From Octopus bimaculoides (taxonomy: Eukaryota), in assembly GCF_001194135.2 (NCBI RefSeq), contig NC_069001.1:12677066-12741065 (forward strand): a DNA stretch of 64,000 bases, read 5' to 3'. The translations under genes were made by a program, and so were the position numbers. The notes beneath the pieces are model-generated. The model ran no database searches, was not told the origin of the DNA, and saw only the letters and a program-made list of their open reading frames with translations. Of this stretch, positions 41,311 through 55,332 are shown piece by piece (position 1 is the stretch's first letter; each line of letters begins with the position of its first letter).

Positions 41311-41842
41311 AAAGCAATGTATTTATAAATACACATATACAAAGAGTGAGACATACATATAGTTAATGTGAGGCAGAAAAATGGCGAGTATGTGAGAGAG
41401 AGAATGACATAGAAAGAGAGGAAGAGTGCGGCATAGTATTTATGATTCCTAACGATACGATAATGTGTGTGGCAACGTTGTCAGCGAAAGAGATATTACA
41501 CAATGGAGGCATTTAGTAGCATTTCAGGATTGCTTCTATAGAAAAACGTACTGCAAGTAGGTCATGCTGTAGAATTTATTGAATAAAATTNNNNNNNNNN
41601 NNNNNNNNNNNNNNNNNNNNNNNNNNNNNNNNNNNNNNNNNNNNNNNNNNNNNNNNNNNNNNNNNNNNNNNNNNNNNNNNNNNNNNNNNNNNNNNNNNNN
41701 NNNNNNNNNNNNNNNNNNNNNNNNNNNNNNNNNNNNNNNNNNNNNNNNNNNNNNNNNNNNNNNNNNNNNNNNNNNNNNNNNNNNNNNNNNNNNNNNTATG
41801 TATGTATGTATGTATATATATATGTATGTATGTATGTATGTA

Positions 41843-41908
<66 letters not shown>

Positions 41909-43402
41909 AATGTATGTATATATATATATATATATATATATAGCATATATGTATGTACATGTAGGTATTTCTAAATTTAGCAATTACTATTTCATTGCGG
42001 ATGTTTTAAAACAATTCTCGATCGACCATTGCAACATAAATGGATTATGTAAATGCTGATAATTATGAACCCAAATGCATACACAAATACATACACACGC
42101 ATGCACACACATACAGAAGCAATCACATATATATATATATACATATGCGTGTCTCGTTGCCAGTGTCTATAAATAAAGGTTTACGAGTTTTTGTGAATAT
42201 TAAGGGAAATGTTGCAGGTTTTCACGTGAAATCCAAAATGGCGCCAAAATTTCACGTATCTTCTGCAACAGGAATTATAGACGCAAAGTGGATGGGCGTT
42301 ATCGTCGACCAACGCGAGGACATGCGAAGAAACACACACAGACTAAACCATATGCACACATATACGCAAAAACTGCATTACACTAAACCGAGAAAACATT
42401 TTAACTTATATATCTATATATACGTGTATTAGTTTAATGGTAAGGTTCTTAAATTTGTTAGTTATAAAAATGAGCAAGCTTTTCCTCATGGAAGAGCTAA
42501 TCAGCTCTATAATTTTCACAGCGATTGTTTTTAGAAGATATGTAGGCGAAAGCTGAAGAACCATACAGCATAATATATATATACTATATAATTGTTTGTA
42601 TTTTCACATCTATCAACGTCTATCTCTCTCTTCCTCTTTCTCTCCACACTCTCTCTATATATTTATCTATCTTCCTACATATGTGTGTAGCTATATATCC
42701 ATCTATATATATAGACACTTGTACTGTGGAAATAAATCCAGTAAAAGAGAAAATTGAACAAAAAAATTACAAACTTAATATGTTGCATGATATCATGTGT
42801 TTGTAATTCAATCATTTATAGTTGGAATTTGAAGACAATAAAGCTATTTGGAATTCCAACAGATCACATCAGAACGCGTGAGGTGTTCCACAGTGCGCTG
42901 CAGAGATCTTGGAGAGATAGAAATAGTAAGACAAAATGAATTGTGAGATGAATATTAAAAGACTTTTATCTACTTAATACAAACTCGATTACTTGCACTG
43001 AGATTTGCAAAGCTTACATCCGCCTATAGTTCGGACTCCACAAAACATACACAGAAACAAATCACACACACACACACACACACACATATGTATACACACA
43101 CANNNNNNNNNNNNNNNNNNNNNNNNNNNNNNNNNNNNNNNNNNNNNNNNNNNNNNNNNNNNNNNNNNNNNNNNNNNNNNNNNNNNNNNNNNNNNNNNNN
43201 NNNNNNNNNNNNNNNNNNNNNNNNNNNNNNNNNNNNNNNNNNNNNNNNNNNNNNNNNNNNNNNNNNNNNNNNNNNNNNNNNNNNNNNNNNNNNNNNNNNN
43301 NNNNNNNNNNNNNNNNNNNNNNNNNNNNNNNNNNNNNNNNNNNNNNNNNNNNNNNNNNNNNNNNNNNNNNNNNNNNNNNNNNNNNNNNNNNNNNNNNNNN
43401 NN

Positions 43403-43440
<38 letters not shown>

Positions 43441-43928
43441 GCGGGCGTGTATACAAAATGTAGGAATATATATTATTTAGTGTCAATATGAATTTAGACT
43501 AGAAAAAGAAATATTGCTTTGCATTCGGAGTTGGAAAGAATATCACTTTTAAAATATATATATGTAAAACGCTTCTTTGAATTGTCTATGCATGTATGTA
43601 TGCACACATGTATGTATATATGTATGCATGAATGCATATATGTATGCATGCATGTACTCATGCATGTAAGTACGTATGTATGCATATATGTGTGTACGCA
43701 CGAATGCATGCATGTACGTGTGTAAGTACGAATGTATGTATATGTATAAGTAAGTGACGGTATATCGATCGACTGAGCTATCTACATTCTTCATTATAAT
43801 ATCGATTAATCTATTTATCTATGGAATTTTATCTCATTCTTGCAATTATCTTTTCCTTTCTATAGATCTTACCACCTACCTCTTACCGTACATATCTATA
43901 ACTCGATGTTTGCAAGCAATATATGTAT

Positions 43929-43961
<33 letters not shown>

Positions 43962-44349
43962 NNNNNNNNNNNNNNNNNNNNNNNNNNNNNNNNNNNNNNN
44001 NNNNNNNNNNNNNNNNNNNNNNNNNNNNNNNNNNNNNNNNNNNNNNNNNNNNNNNNNNNNNNNNNNNNNNNNNNNNNNNNNNNNNNNNNNNNNNNNNNNN
44101 NNNNNNNNNNNNNNNNNNNNNNNNNNNNNNNNNNNNNNNNNNNNNNNNNNNNNNNNNNNNNNNNNNATATGTATATACATATATTGCTTAATACAATTAT
44201 ATTTATTATATTTATTATATTTATCTTATGATATTTACTTTACTTTATATTATACTCATTTATTGTGCTTTTAATTATTAATTTTTCTATATGTGATAGT
44301 GGATTTTCATCGATGAGTTCTTGAAACTTGGTTAATTTCCATAAAACTA

Positions 44350-44394
<45 letters not shown>

Positions 44395-44791
44395 TATGTG
44401 TGCATGTGTGCGCGTGTGTATATACAGATATAAGCGAATCTGTATCTTTGTCTATTTGTCCATGTGGTTACGTATGCTTGCACATACTTATCTACAAAAG
44501 TATGTCAATATTTAAGACTGATTGCGTATTATGCATGTATATACGTATCTAGGTTTCATATTTGTTGCTATCGTATCTACCTCATTATTAGTAAACCGTA
44601 AAACATCAGCCAAAAATTATCAGTACATCTAATTCCTCGAGACACAATGCTCAACAATAATTAAATGAAATAAACTGAAATACTACTTTCAAACAAGATA
44701 TTCCTTACTTGTTTACAAGTCTATTTTTCTACAGAACGTTCCAACACATACATGCACATACACACAGAAATGCACGAGCACACACACAGAC

Positions 44792-44837
<46 letters not shown>

Positions 44838-45212
44838 GTGTATGATTGCATTTAAGTATGGAGATATATATATATACATTTGCTTCGCTGTGTTCTGAGT
44901 TTTCGTTTAAAGAGATATCATCGTTGTCGTTAGGCAATTTTCTTAACGGAATGTAATTATGAAGGCAACTATTTAATAATTAAATCTTCGTCTAAACTGT
45001 GATCACCTTTGCAGTAAACTTTCTCTTCTTGTAATTGTGATTTTTCAATTTAAAATTTCTTGATATATTCTTTGGTTTAGCTTTTAATTTTAGGTATTTG
45101 CTCTTTCGTCAGTCCTGCTAAAATATTTTCCATATATTGCATGTGATAGTAAGTGGTAAAACCGCCATCAATACATATGTATGTTTATAAATGTATACAT
45201 CTATAAATAAAA

Positions 45213-45214
<2 letters not shown>

Positions 45215-45285
<71 letters not shown>

Positions 45286-45312
45286 GCTAGCTAGCTAGCT
45301 AGCTAGCTAGCT
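45215..45312. repeat. Compound (TATC)n then (TAGC)n tetranucleotide repeat
   Basis: Direct reading. Confidence 0.95.
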
Positions 45313-46308
45313 ATATACATATACACAGATTCACGGACATGTATGTACATATATATGATTTTGTGTGTGACTATGTGCATATTCAAATGGATTTCCAGCT
45401 ACTTTAAAGATAATCTTCTTTAAATGTTGCGTAACGTTTAATGTTACAAATGTTCCACTCCCAACAAAGAAAACGCCATTTTATAATCAAAATACGAAAA
45501 ACTAAAACATGCTGATGCCATTAAAAAAAAAACAACATGGTGAGAAAATTTGGCTTTCATCTGTTCTAATTTCCAATAAAAGACAGAAACAGAAATGAAA
45601 AAATTTCAGATAAATTAGAAACCTCACAAAAGACAACTAACTATAAAGAATAAATCAGGGAATTAAAAAGAAAGAAAGATAAACAAGAAATAGCGATCAG
45701 CTTACACATGAAATAAATTGAAGGACTGAGACTTGTTAAATAGTGATTTATATATATATATATATATGCATATATATACATATATGCGTACATGTATATA
45801 TGTTATAGTTGTGGGTAGGCTTATATGTAGTACATCTTATATGATGTCAAATAACCATGAGAAGTAGAAAAGAAAGTGAAGGAGAAAAAAATGCGATGAA
45901 GAGGGAAGAAGGAGATGGAGTCTATGAGCAACCTATTAATATCAATCAATTGTATGAAAATATCTCAATAAATTTTAAATACTTGACTAGGAAACCGGAA
46001 AAAATAACAAAACCGTATTTAAAACAACAACAGAACTATATCAAAAACGACAACAACAACGATGACAATAACAGTATTCCTGAAACGACTAGCAAATAAA
46101 AGAACAACAAGAAACCCAAAAAATATATAATAAAAAACAAGAAGCAAACACAGTATATCTACTCATAATTTCTTCTCGATGGTTATAGAGATAGGAAGAA
46201 ACGAAAAGAGAAAATTCTTATCACAGATATTTAGGAATAACATTGCGAGAAGACAAAAAAAATATTCTGTAAGGCCAAAGATGGAGATGTTCATGACACC
46301 AACGTATA

Positions 46309-46320
46309 CTACTACTACTG

Positions 46321-46386
<66 letters not shown>

Positions 46387-46562
46387 ATTAATAATAATAA
46401 TAATAACGGAAATAACGTTTGATGATATTACTACTAATGGTTTCTCCTATTAGGAATCATGTTGTCGCTTGAAGATAAGAGTAGTGAGGATATTACGGAA
46501 GTTTATCAATTAAGGAAACATAGGATTGTCCCTGTGAACTACGAGACGAAGAACCAAGACAT

Positions 46563-46604
<42 letters not shown>

Positions 46605-46638
46605 GACTACTACTACTACTACTACTATTACTACAACG

Positions 46639-46714
<76 letters not shown>

Positions 46715-46745
46715 GATGCAGTAGTAGTAGTGGTAATAATAATAA
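46309..46745. repeat. Two (ACT)n arrays (about 46309-46386 and 46563-46715)
   Basis: Direct reading; source of the poly-T/poly-S ORFs. Confidence 0.95.
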
Positions 46746-47949
46746 TACTAATGAAACGTAGTACAGACAAGCATATATAGCACGTAAATATAACCAACAA
46801 ACACTGTGTTCTGGTCACTGTATCGGGGGAAAATACCCATCATTGTCAAAATTTTAAAAATGAAAAAGACATAAAAAAACAGACATAAAAAAGTGAAATT
46901 ATATACAAAAAAATAAATTCATAATCTAACACTTAATAACCATATGTAAAATATATAATATAACAAAATATATGTAGGACCTAAATATGAATTGACGGAG
47001 AAAATGTTTCCATTTCTCTGATTAAAAAAATTACGTTCATACATGTTGTTATACGTTGTTATAGCATCCATATACTGCAGCACTGTTTATGTTCGTGGTG
47101 GAGGTGTTGATAAGATTGTAGTTGCGTTGAAATGTTGACGGTCGTGTGGTGGGTTGGACAGGTGGTGTGGCGATGACGGTGAGGATGTTGATTTATGTTA
47201 CTAAGGAAGCTGGTTTTATGTATTTTTTTCCTTGTTATTTTGTGTGAGGGCGTGCGTGCGTGCGTGCGTGCGTGTTCGCACGCGCGGGAGATGAATGTGC
47301 CGATGAACAAAATAAAAAGCAGGTCTCTGTCTACTTCTTGTATTTTCATCTAAATACACACGCACACATACTGATATATATATATATATNNNNNNNNNNN
47401 NNNNNNNNNNNNNNNNNNNNNNNNNNNNNNNNNNNNNNNNNNNNNNNNNNNNNNNNNNNNNNNNNNNNNNNNNNNNNNNNNNNNNNNNNNNNNNNNNNNN
47501 NNNNNNNNNNNNNNNNNNNNNNNNNNNNNNNNNNNNNNNNNNNNNNNNNNNNNNNNNNNNNNNNNNNNNNNNNNNNNNNNNNNNNNNNNNNNNNNNNNNN
47601 NNNNNNNNNNNNNNNNNNNNNNNNNNNNNNNNNNNNNNNNNNNNNNNNNNNNNNNNNNNNNNNNNNNNNNNNNNNNNNNNNNNNNNNNNNNNNNNNNNNN
47701 NNNNNNNNNNNNNNNNNNNNNNNNNNNNNNNNNNNNNNNNNNNNNNNNNNNNNNNNNNNNNNNNNNNNNNNNNNNNNNNNNNNNNNNNNNNNNNNNNNNN
47801 NNNNNATATATATATATATATATATATATACATGAGCCAAGTTGATTGCACTATTTGTTCTCACAATACATTTTTACGTGTGCTGTATCAGTGCCAATTT
47901 CCCTCACTCCCTCCTCTGTGAAATATATATTTGAAAATCTAATCACATA

Positions 47950-47981
47950 GCATTTGTTGCTATTGTTGTTATTATTATTAC

Positions 47982-48014
<33 letters not shown>

Positions 48015-48025
48015 CATCATCATCA

Positions 48026-48083
<58 letters not shown>

Positions 48084-48122
48084 GGTCCATTATTGTTATT
48101 GATATTATTATTATTATTATTA
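47950..48122. repeat. (ATT)n/(ATC)n array
   Basis: Direct reading. Confidence 0.95.
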
Positions 48123-51100
48123 ATGTTGTTCTTCTCGTTCATGTTTCTTCTTATTTTTTTCTGTTGTGGCAATTTAGCTCTCCTATTTTCCATGTAAAAT
48201 ACACTGATTGTACGATAAGAAATAAATGAATTATATATGTATATATACATAATATATAATATAATATACAAATATATTCGCACACATAACTTACATATAT
48301 ATATATATANNNNNNNNNNNNNNNNNNNNNNNNNNNNNNNNNNNNNNNNNNNNNNNNNNNNNNNNNNNNNNNNNNNNNNNNNNNNNNNNNNNNNNNNNNN
48401 NNNNNNNNNNNNNNNNNNNNNNNNNNNNNNNNNNNNNNNNNNNNNNNNNNNNNNNNNNNNNNNNNNNNNNNNNNNNNNNNNNNNNNNNNNNNNNNNNNNN
48501 NNNNNNNNNNNNNNNATATATACATACATACATACATGCATACATACATACATACATACATACATACACATGTGTGTGTACGTATTTCATATAAACACAG
48601 TGAAACAAATGTATACATATACATATATATAAATACATATAGGTATTTATATATATTTATATATATATATATATAGATATAGATATATATATAGATATAT
48701 ACATATATAATTGGAATTGATGTCACGCCTACTGTATGTTATTTATTCCTCCGCACGTTTTCATTCTGCCGGAGGCAAGTTAATTACAATGTTTACAGCT
48801 TTTCCTTCTAAATACGTCATTATGGGTTCTGGCGCATCTTCTTTTATGCCGGCAATGAACGAGCAACGTACCTGCGATGGAAGGAGTCATAGACTCGTAT
48901 CTGAAACATGTCAGCAAGTTGTCTGCACTTGGAAAACATTCCTTATTTTCCTTTGAATATGATGAATTCAATAAAATATATTCTGGACCTAACATATAGA
49001 CAAATATTCCCTCGTTATTGGCCAGATGGTTTTACGAGATCAGGCAAGTCTCATATCACAGTATTAAAACAGAATAATTCCACCTCAATGAGCTGCGATA
49101 TGTTTAATAACATGTCGGGATATCACGGGAAGAAGAAAATCTCATAACATGCAAATATTTTCAGAAGAAGTTGTTCCAGCAAATTTCATGACAAATGCTT
49201 GAAGACTCATAATTTTACTCGGAAGAGATACAACAGTGATTTCCAATTAGGTACTGCAAGTTTACTTAGGGTTTTATTCTTCGAGTTCTTTGTTATCCAG
49301 AGGGCCTATTTGACACGTAGCTACAGGACTGGTTCACGAAATCGGTGAGTCTGAAGTGAAACATACCCAGGGGCGATTTTTTTTCAGAGTTCTGTTTAGG
49401 CGTTAGCCGCAGAAGTATTTTCCATTATTTGAGGTAAAACATGGTCCCTTGACAATTACTACCACTCTGTGCTAAAGCAGGCCTAGGATCTTTGTTGACT
49501 AAGCGGTAAATACATAACTACAAGACTCTTGAAAATCTACAACTTGGGATCTTGACACGTATTCCCACTCCGTTTAAAAGTAAATCAAGAAGTGTTAGTA
49601 ACTTCATACCCCACGAAACTCTTGAATTCTAGTTTATAGGGTCATTGCCAGGCATTATCTCTACGTGCAAAAGCAGACCAAAAAACTATTTATGACTAAG
49701 CGGTAACTATATATTCCCCCAAAACACCAAAACTTCTCTAGGGTCCTTGGCAGGTAGTGCCGTGTCTATGAGTACGTTTTTTCCTTCATACTCGCCTAAG
49801 AGCCAGCATTTGAGAGCCCCCTTTGGATGCAGTTTAATGTTCTTGCTCAGGACAAGCCAAGAATACATTCATGACAGACATGATTCTCCCGCTCATTTCT
49901 TCCGACTAATCTTTAGGAAAACATCTACATTACAAAGAGATAAGCCCAAAATATGTATTGGTTAAAGTCGCATATAAACGATATATTTAAGCAGATTGTT
50001 CTAGACTATTTATTTGGTTGACTGATTCAGTTGGTTGACACTGACGTTATATGATGACATTACTCACTAAATGTCACTAAAGTTCCATCACAAAACAACT
50101 GGATATTCAATGAAGCAACAATTATAATAACAAAGACTAAAGTAATAGGATGGCTTCAACAAATATGGAAATTAAGCCATAGTTAATGTTGTTTTGTTTT
50201 TCTATTGTTTTGAGAGTTTGTTGGTTTGACTTTATTAATACTTTTGGGTTTTTTTATGCTATGTCAAAGCATTAACATCGTCCATCGTTTAATGAGGAAT
50301 TAAACCAGCTGCTTAAACTAGCAGCAGAAAGACAAAGACAGAAAAAAGAAAAGAAAAGAAGGAACGAAAGCGTGACATGGGAACAAGATTGTTGTTGATA
50401 GGCGGATAAATATCTCATCTTGGCTGTTTTGCAAGTCAAATAAACACAGATGAAATATCTTGAAAAAATTATTATGCTATTTTCTGTTGAAACAGATCAA
50501 ACCGCATCAATTAGCCTCACTCATTCATTATGTCTTTCATATATGTTTTTTTACTTTAAAGTTATGTTATGCAATAAACTTAAGTAATGGCAGCGAAACG
50601 GAGATCGATTTCTGACTAATCTAATTTTCGGAATGCTGAATGTTGATGATATTCTTGGTCTTTAATGAGAAACAAACTACAAAACATCCCATTTACTCTT
50701 GAACATATCTGAATTTCTATGCCTTACAATATATATATTAAAGAATCATCTCGGAAACACGAAAGAGTCTGTATCTTGCTTACTTTCTCTCTCATTCTCT
50801 CCTTCCCTCTCTTTCTGCATGAAAAAGTCTGACGATTCATGAATTATTTTGGGGAAAGATACAAGAGTGCTTTCCAGTTGTCTTTTGCTGTTTTATTTAC
50901 GGTTCACTCTGCTAGTCTACCGCCCTTCTGCTCTTAAGATTGAAGTGTAGGACAACGGAATACGTTCACGTGATATTAGGGCATATCTACACTGCTGTGT
51001 ACTTGTCCGACACATGTCTGGAGGCAATCAAATCACTGCATCCTTTTTGTTTTACTCTCAGGTGCGAATTTCCGACTTATCCATCTCTAAACAAAAACAG

Positions 51101-52543
51101 CAAAAAACGATTTATAAAGCGCAAAATGAGTTAGAATAAAGAAATAGATGTGTCAGCTTTGTAACAAAGAATAAAGATTGTCAAAATATAATAATGGCGC
51201 AAAATGAGCAGCTGTCAAAGTTTATCATATACCTTGCGACAAATTTCGTACTTGATGATCTAATATCAAAACCTAAAATTATTCAAGGCTAGGCGGAAGA
51301 CTATATTTGTTCGGTAAATCCTTTTATAAAAAGAGCTGTAATTATTTTGTTAAATTATCATGTCATGAGATAATCTAGCGTGATAATTATTTATTTATTT
51401 CTAAATAACACCTGTGAGATTGTCAGTGGAAACCTGATCTGATGGAAAAAAAAACAGCACTAACTTTCCTCATATTACATCGTACCGTCTTAATAAAAGA
51501 AACATCAGATGAGATGCGTTTGAGTATACCATTGCGGAAGAGTAGAATAAAGAACAAAAACAAAAAGAAAACCGTGATAATCTACCTCATAAGTCTTTTT
51601 GCACATTGTAGACATTTAGGGGCTGAACAATAATTTTCGAGCAAACAGAATGAAATGACATTTAGCTGGAGCAGAATTCACTACGCTTTACAAATGAAGG
51701 ATAAATGACGTCACACGTAGATTGAATTAAAATTAAAGAATGTTTTGTTGAATATCCATATGATTATTAGACGTGGAAAATATGTTCAAAGTGAAGCTGA
51801 TGCTGGGAGTGCACTGAGAGTTTCAGGTTCAATTAGCAAAATATAGAAGATAGGAGTTCTTTTGAGAATAAACCTGCTGCATCGTGGATTTTTGATGTAA
51901 GGTGATACACAGTAATCTATACTACAAAGACAATGGTTACATTACTGTACGTACAGAATTAATGATTCTGCTCGCAGCGAATATCTGTTCTATTAGTGGT
52001 ATGTAATTACTGTTAGGTTGATTAAACCAAAGTAGAGTTGAACACATCGCACACATATACACATGGACAAACAAGCAGACAACAAAACGTGTGACGAGAT
52101 TAGATATTCTTTTATACTTTTACAATGGCTGCTGCCACTCACTGAGCTGGAGAATAAAAATAATGAGTGTTATGAAGTCAATGAAGCCAATTTACAGCTT
52201 ATGCGAACTGAAATTTGTTGAGTGATAATACTGTCGAATATATATGCCTATAATGGACTCTCCCGTTGTAGACGGCGTGTGAACATTCAGCATTTGCCGA
52301 ACGACCTCCACAAATGATTTGTTTATAATGATCAAATGTTCGTGCCACACATTAGCTTACTCTCTTCATGGAATCGACGTAGTCTGAGCAGATACACGGT
52401 GTACCACAATTCAGTTGTTAAAGTGATCGCAGAGTAACATGGCTTAGTAATTTTGATTTCAATTCCTAGACCGTGTGGTGCGTTGTGATTTCGGGCAAAA
52501 CCTTTACCACTAAGCAATGCGCTCTGATATATTTCCTGTGTGC

Positions 52544-52664
52544 TAAAGAGTATTTACCCTATTTTCTAAGCTGTCTTCACAACCATCCTGAGTAATACAT
52601 ATTTTCTATAATATATATCCACATCCTGTGAAGACAGCTTAGAAAATCGGGTAAATATTCTTTA
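52544..52664. repeat. Inverted repeat, 38-bp arms with 45-nt spacer
   Basis: TAAAGAGTATTTACCCTATTTTCTAAGCTGTCTTCACA pairs with TGTGAAGACAGCTTAGAAAATCGGGTAAATATTCTTTA; 36 of 38 Watson-Crick pairs, one G-U, one mismatch. Confidence 0.9.
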
Positions 52665-52939
52665 TTACGCGGGAAAAAGTTACCAGTAAGACACTATAGA
52701 GAATCGAACCACGTACCTCACAAATTCAACTTGAGCGCGCTGAAGCATTAAGCTAAAATACCGCTGGAAACATACTTTCTTTTGATAATGATAAATAATA
52801 ACATTTGGAATGTAAGAACATTTTGTAAAGAAACTAAGCGTCGAGTGAGTTAGTATTAGACAGAAGATAAAGGGAGTTTTCGAACGCTGTGTGACTGGTG
52901 GGAGAAGGAACATTAGTAGTAGAAGTAACAGATAGGGAA

Positions 52940-53130
52940 CCCCCTACGTCTGTTTACAACTGGTGTTGGTGTGTCTATGTCCCAGTAATCTAGCAGTTCG
53001 GGAAAAGAACCGATTGACTAAATACCAGGCTTGAAAAAAACAGCGTAAAGCCCTATAAATACTGCTGTCGATTCGTTCAACCAAACCCTTCCCGATGCTG
53101 CCTCGTCATGGCCGCAGTCTAATGTATGAA
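52940..53130 (+). mobile_element. Degenerate 3' half of the SINE family at 54868-55332
   Basis: GGTGTTGGTGTGT...TAGCAGTTCGGGAAAAGA...GTCGATTCGTTCAAC...CATGGCCGCAGTC. Confidence 0.55.
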
Positions 53131-53713
53131 AAAAAAAAAAGGAAAGAAGATATTAAAACAAAACATTACAAACAACAACAAAAACATCAAAAAGAACAAC
53201 ATCAAAAGTGACAAAAACAAGTACAGCAACAACCACAACAAAAATTAAGATAAATAACGAAAATGTTTAGACTATGACATCAAAGACGATGTTTAACCAA
53301 CCGATGAAAAGAGACCAATGAATATACATATTCAGGTGACACGAAGTCAAGTCACGTGCTGTTGAATTTGAATATATAACGAACTCGCTGGCTTTAACTC
53401 TTTAATAAAGATATATTCAAATAATGTTTCCCTATTAGGAAATTTCCTTTCGTTTTACTGAATAATTATATGGCGGTTTATAAAAGCGCTAAATTGCAAT
53501 TAAGTCGTCTGAACAAAGATAAAATTGTTATTCTACCATTGTCCCCTCAATTAGTATCCTTGATGCGCTGCTATCTGAGATGTTATAAACAGTTTAAAAA
53601 CGAACGATCGGGAATATAATGAACCATTCAATAACGTCTGAAAACTGTAAAAAAAAAAAGGAAGTTAAAGATTAACAACGAGTATTATGTATATATATAA
53701 TACTCAATAATAG

Positions 53714-54102
53714 TTGTTGTTGTTGGCATTCCGTCGCTTACGACGTCGAGGGTTCCAGTTGATCCGATCAACGGAACAGCCTGCTCGTGAAATTAACGTG
53801 CAAGTGGCTGAGCACTCCACAGACACGTGTACCCTTAACGTAGTTCTCGGGGATATTCAGCGTGACACAGTGTGACAAAGCTGACCCTTTGAATTACAGG
53901 CACAACAGAAACAGGAAGTAAGAGTGACGGAAAGTTGTGGTGAAAGAATACACCAGGGTTTACCACCATCCCCTGTCGGAGCCTCGTGGAGATTTAGTTG
54001 TTTTCGCTCAATAAGAACTCACGACGCCCGGTCTGGGAATCGAAACCGCGAGCCTATGACCGCGAGTCCGCTGCCCTAACCACTGGGCCATTGCGCCTCC
54101 AC
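53714..54102 (-). mobile_element. Full-length young tRNA-derived SINE with 14-bp TSD
   Basis: A box TGGCCCAGTGG, B box GGTTTCGATTCCC, (CAA)n tail. ATACTCAATAATAG at 53700-53713 and 54105-54118. Near-identical to 63617-64000. Confidence 0.92.
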
Positions 54103-54559
54103 TGATACTCAATAATAGAGTGCTAAAAAACAGTAAAATTCTCAAAAATGTAGTAGAGATTAATAATGTATTTTAGTTTAGTTAAGTGAGACTACTGCTA
54201 CTCTCAGTTTGCCCTCTGTGTGTACAAGATCATCAGGAAAGTTTCGATTGAAATATGATGAAATTCAGACGCACTTATGTAGGATGGTGTCGTAGGAAAT
54301 GGGCTAAAAAAGGAGAGAAGCACAAAGAAAAGAAAACGCCAAAAGGAAAGAAAAAAGAGAACAGAAAGTAGTGTGGGTCCATGCAGTGCATAAGAATATG
54401 ATACAGTTATCATTGCTGATGAGTCGTAATCAATAATGTGATAAATAACTTAAAAACCAACGATAAGGAATATAATGAATGGGTCGGCGTTGTTCCTTGT
54501 CTAAAATAAAACCCAGGTTAGGTAATGATGCGAGCTATATAAACAGTTTAAATATACTT

Positions 54560-54745
54560 TTCTAATTTTGGCAGAAATTCAACAATTTGAGAGTTGATTA
54601 CATTGACCCGCATGCTCTGGATCCTAGGAGGATGAAAAACAGAGTCTAACGCAAAGGTCTCTGAGCTCAGAATGTAAAGAGCCGGAGGATATGCCGTTAA
54701 TCATTTTGTCTGAAGTGTTAATGATTCAGCCAGCTCGCTGGTTTA
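54560..54745 (-). mobile_element. Degenerate reverse copy of the 10716 SINE family
   Basis: GATTACATTGAC...GGAGGATGAAAA...GAGCTCAGAATGTAAAG...CAGCCAGCTCGC. Confidence 0.5.
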
Positions 54746-54867
54746 TAAATCTTAAATATAGCCCTCTTCGACTGACCAATTTTAAAATGTCTATGTGATC
54801 GACTGACCTGATAAAGATAAGAGGTACATCTCTACCAAAGGTTACTCTATCAGTTTCAGAAAACATT

Positions 54868-55014
54868 ATGGCTGTTGGGCCTTGTAAGAAGCTTTCCAAC
54901 AACATGGTTCCGGCTTCAGTCCCACTCCGTGGTACCTTAGGCGAATTTCTACTACTATAGGCTCAGGTCGACCAAAACCTTGTGAGCGGATCAGGTAGAC
55001 GGAAACTGAAAAGA

Positions 55015-55054
<40 letters not shown>

Positions 55055-55332
55055 ATATATATGTATATATGAGTGTGTGTGTGTGTGTGTGTGTGTGTGT
55101 CTGTGTAGTTATGTGTGTGTCTTTGCGTCTGTGATTTTGTCCACCAACCCGTCGCTTGACAAGCGACGTTAGTGTGTTTACGTTCATCTGCCTTAGCAGT
55201 TCGTCAAAAGGGACAAACAGAATAAGTACCGGGCAAACAAACAAGAAATCCTGGAGTCGATTTCTTCGACTAAAAGACGGTGCACCAGCATGGCCGCAGT
55301 CAAACGACTAAAACAAGTAAAACAGTGAAAGA
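54868..55332 (+). mobile_element. SINE with internal (TA)n(TG)n microsatellite
   Basis: Head GTTCCGGCTTCAGTCCCACT...GTAGACGGAAACTGAAA, internal microsatellite, tail ...GTCGATTTCTTCGACTAAA...CATGGCCGCAGTCAAACGACTAAAACAAGTAAAA. Related pieces at 5925 and 52940. Confidence 0.7.

Noticed and set aside
45857-46391. Lys/Asn/Thr-rich ORFs
   Set aside because: Compositional bias of A-rich and (ACT)n sequence; no domain features.
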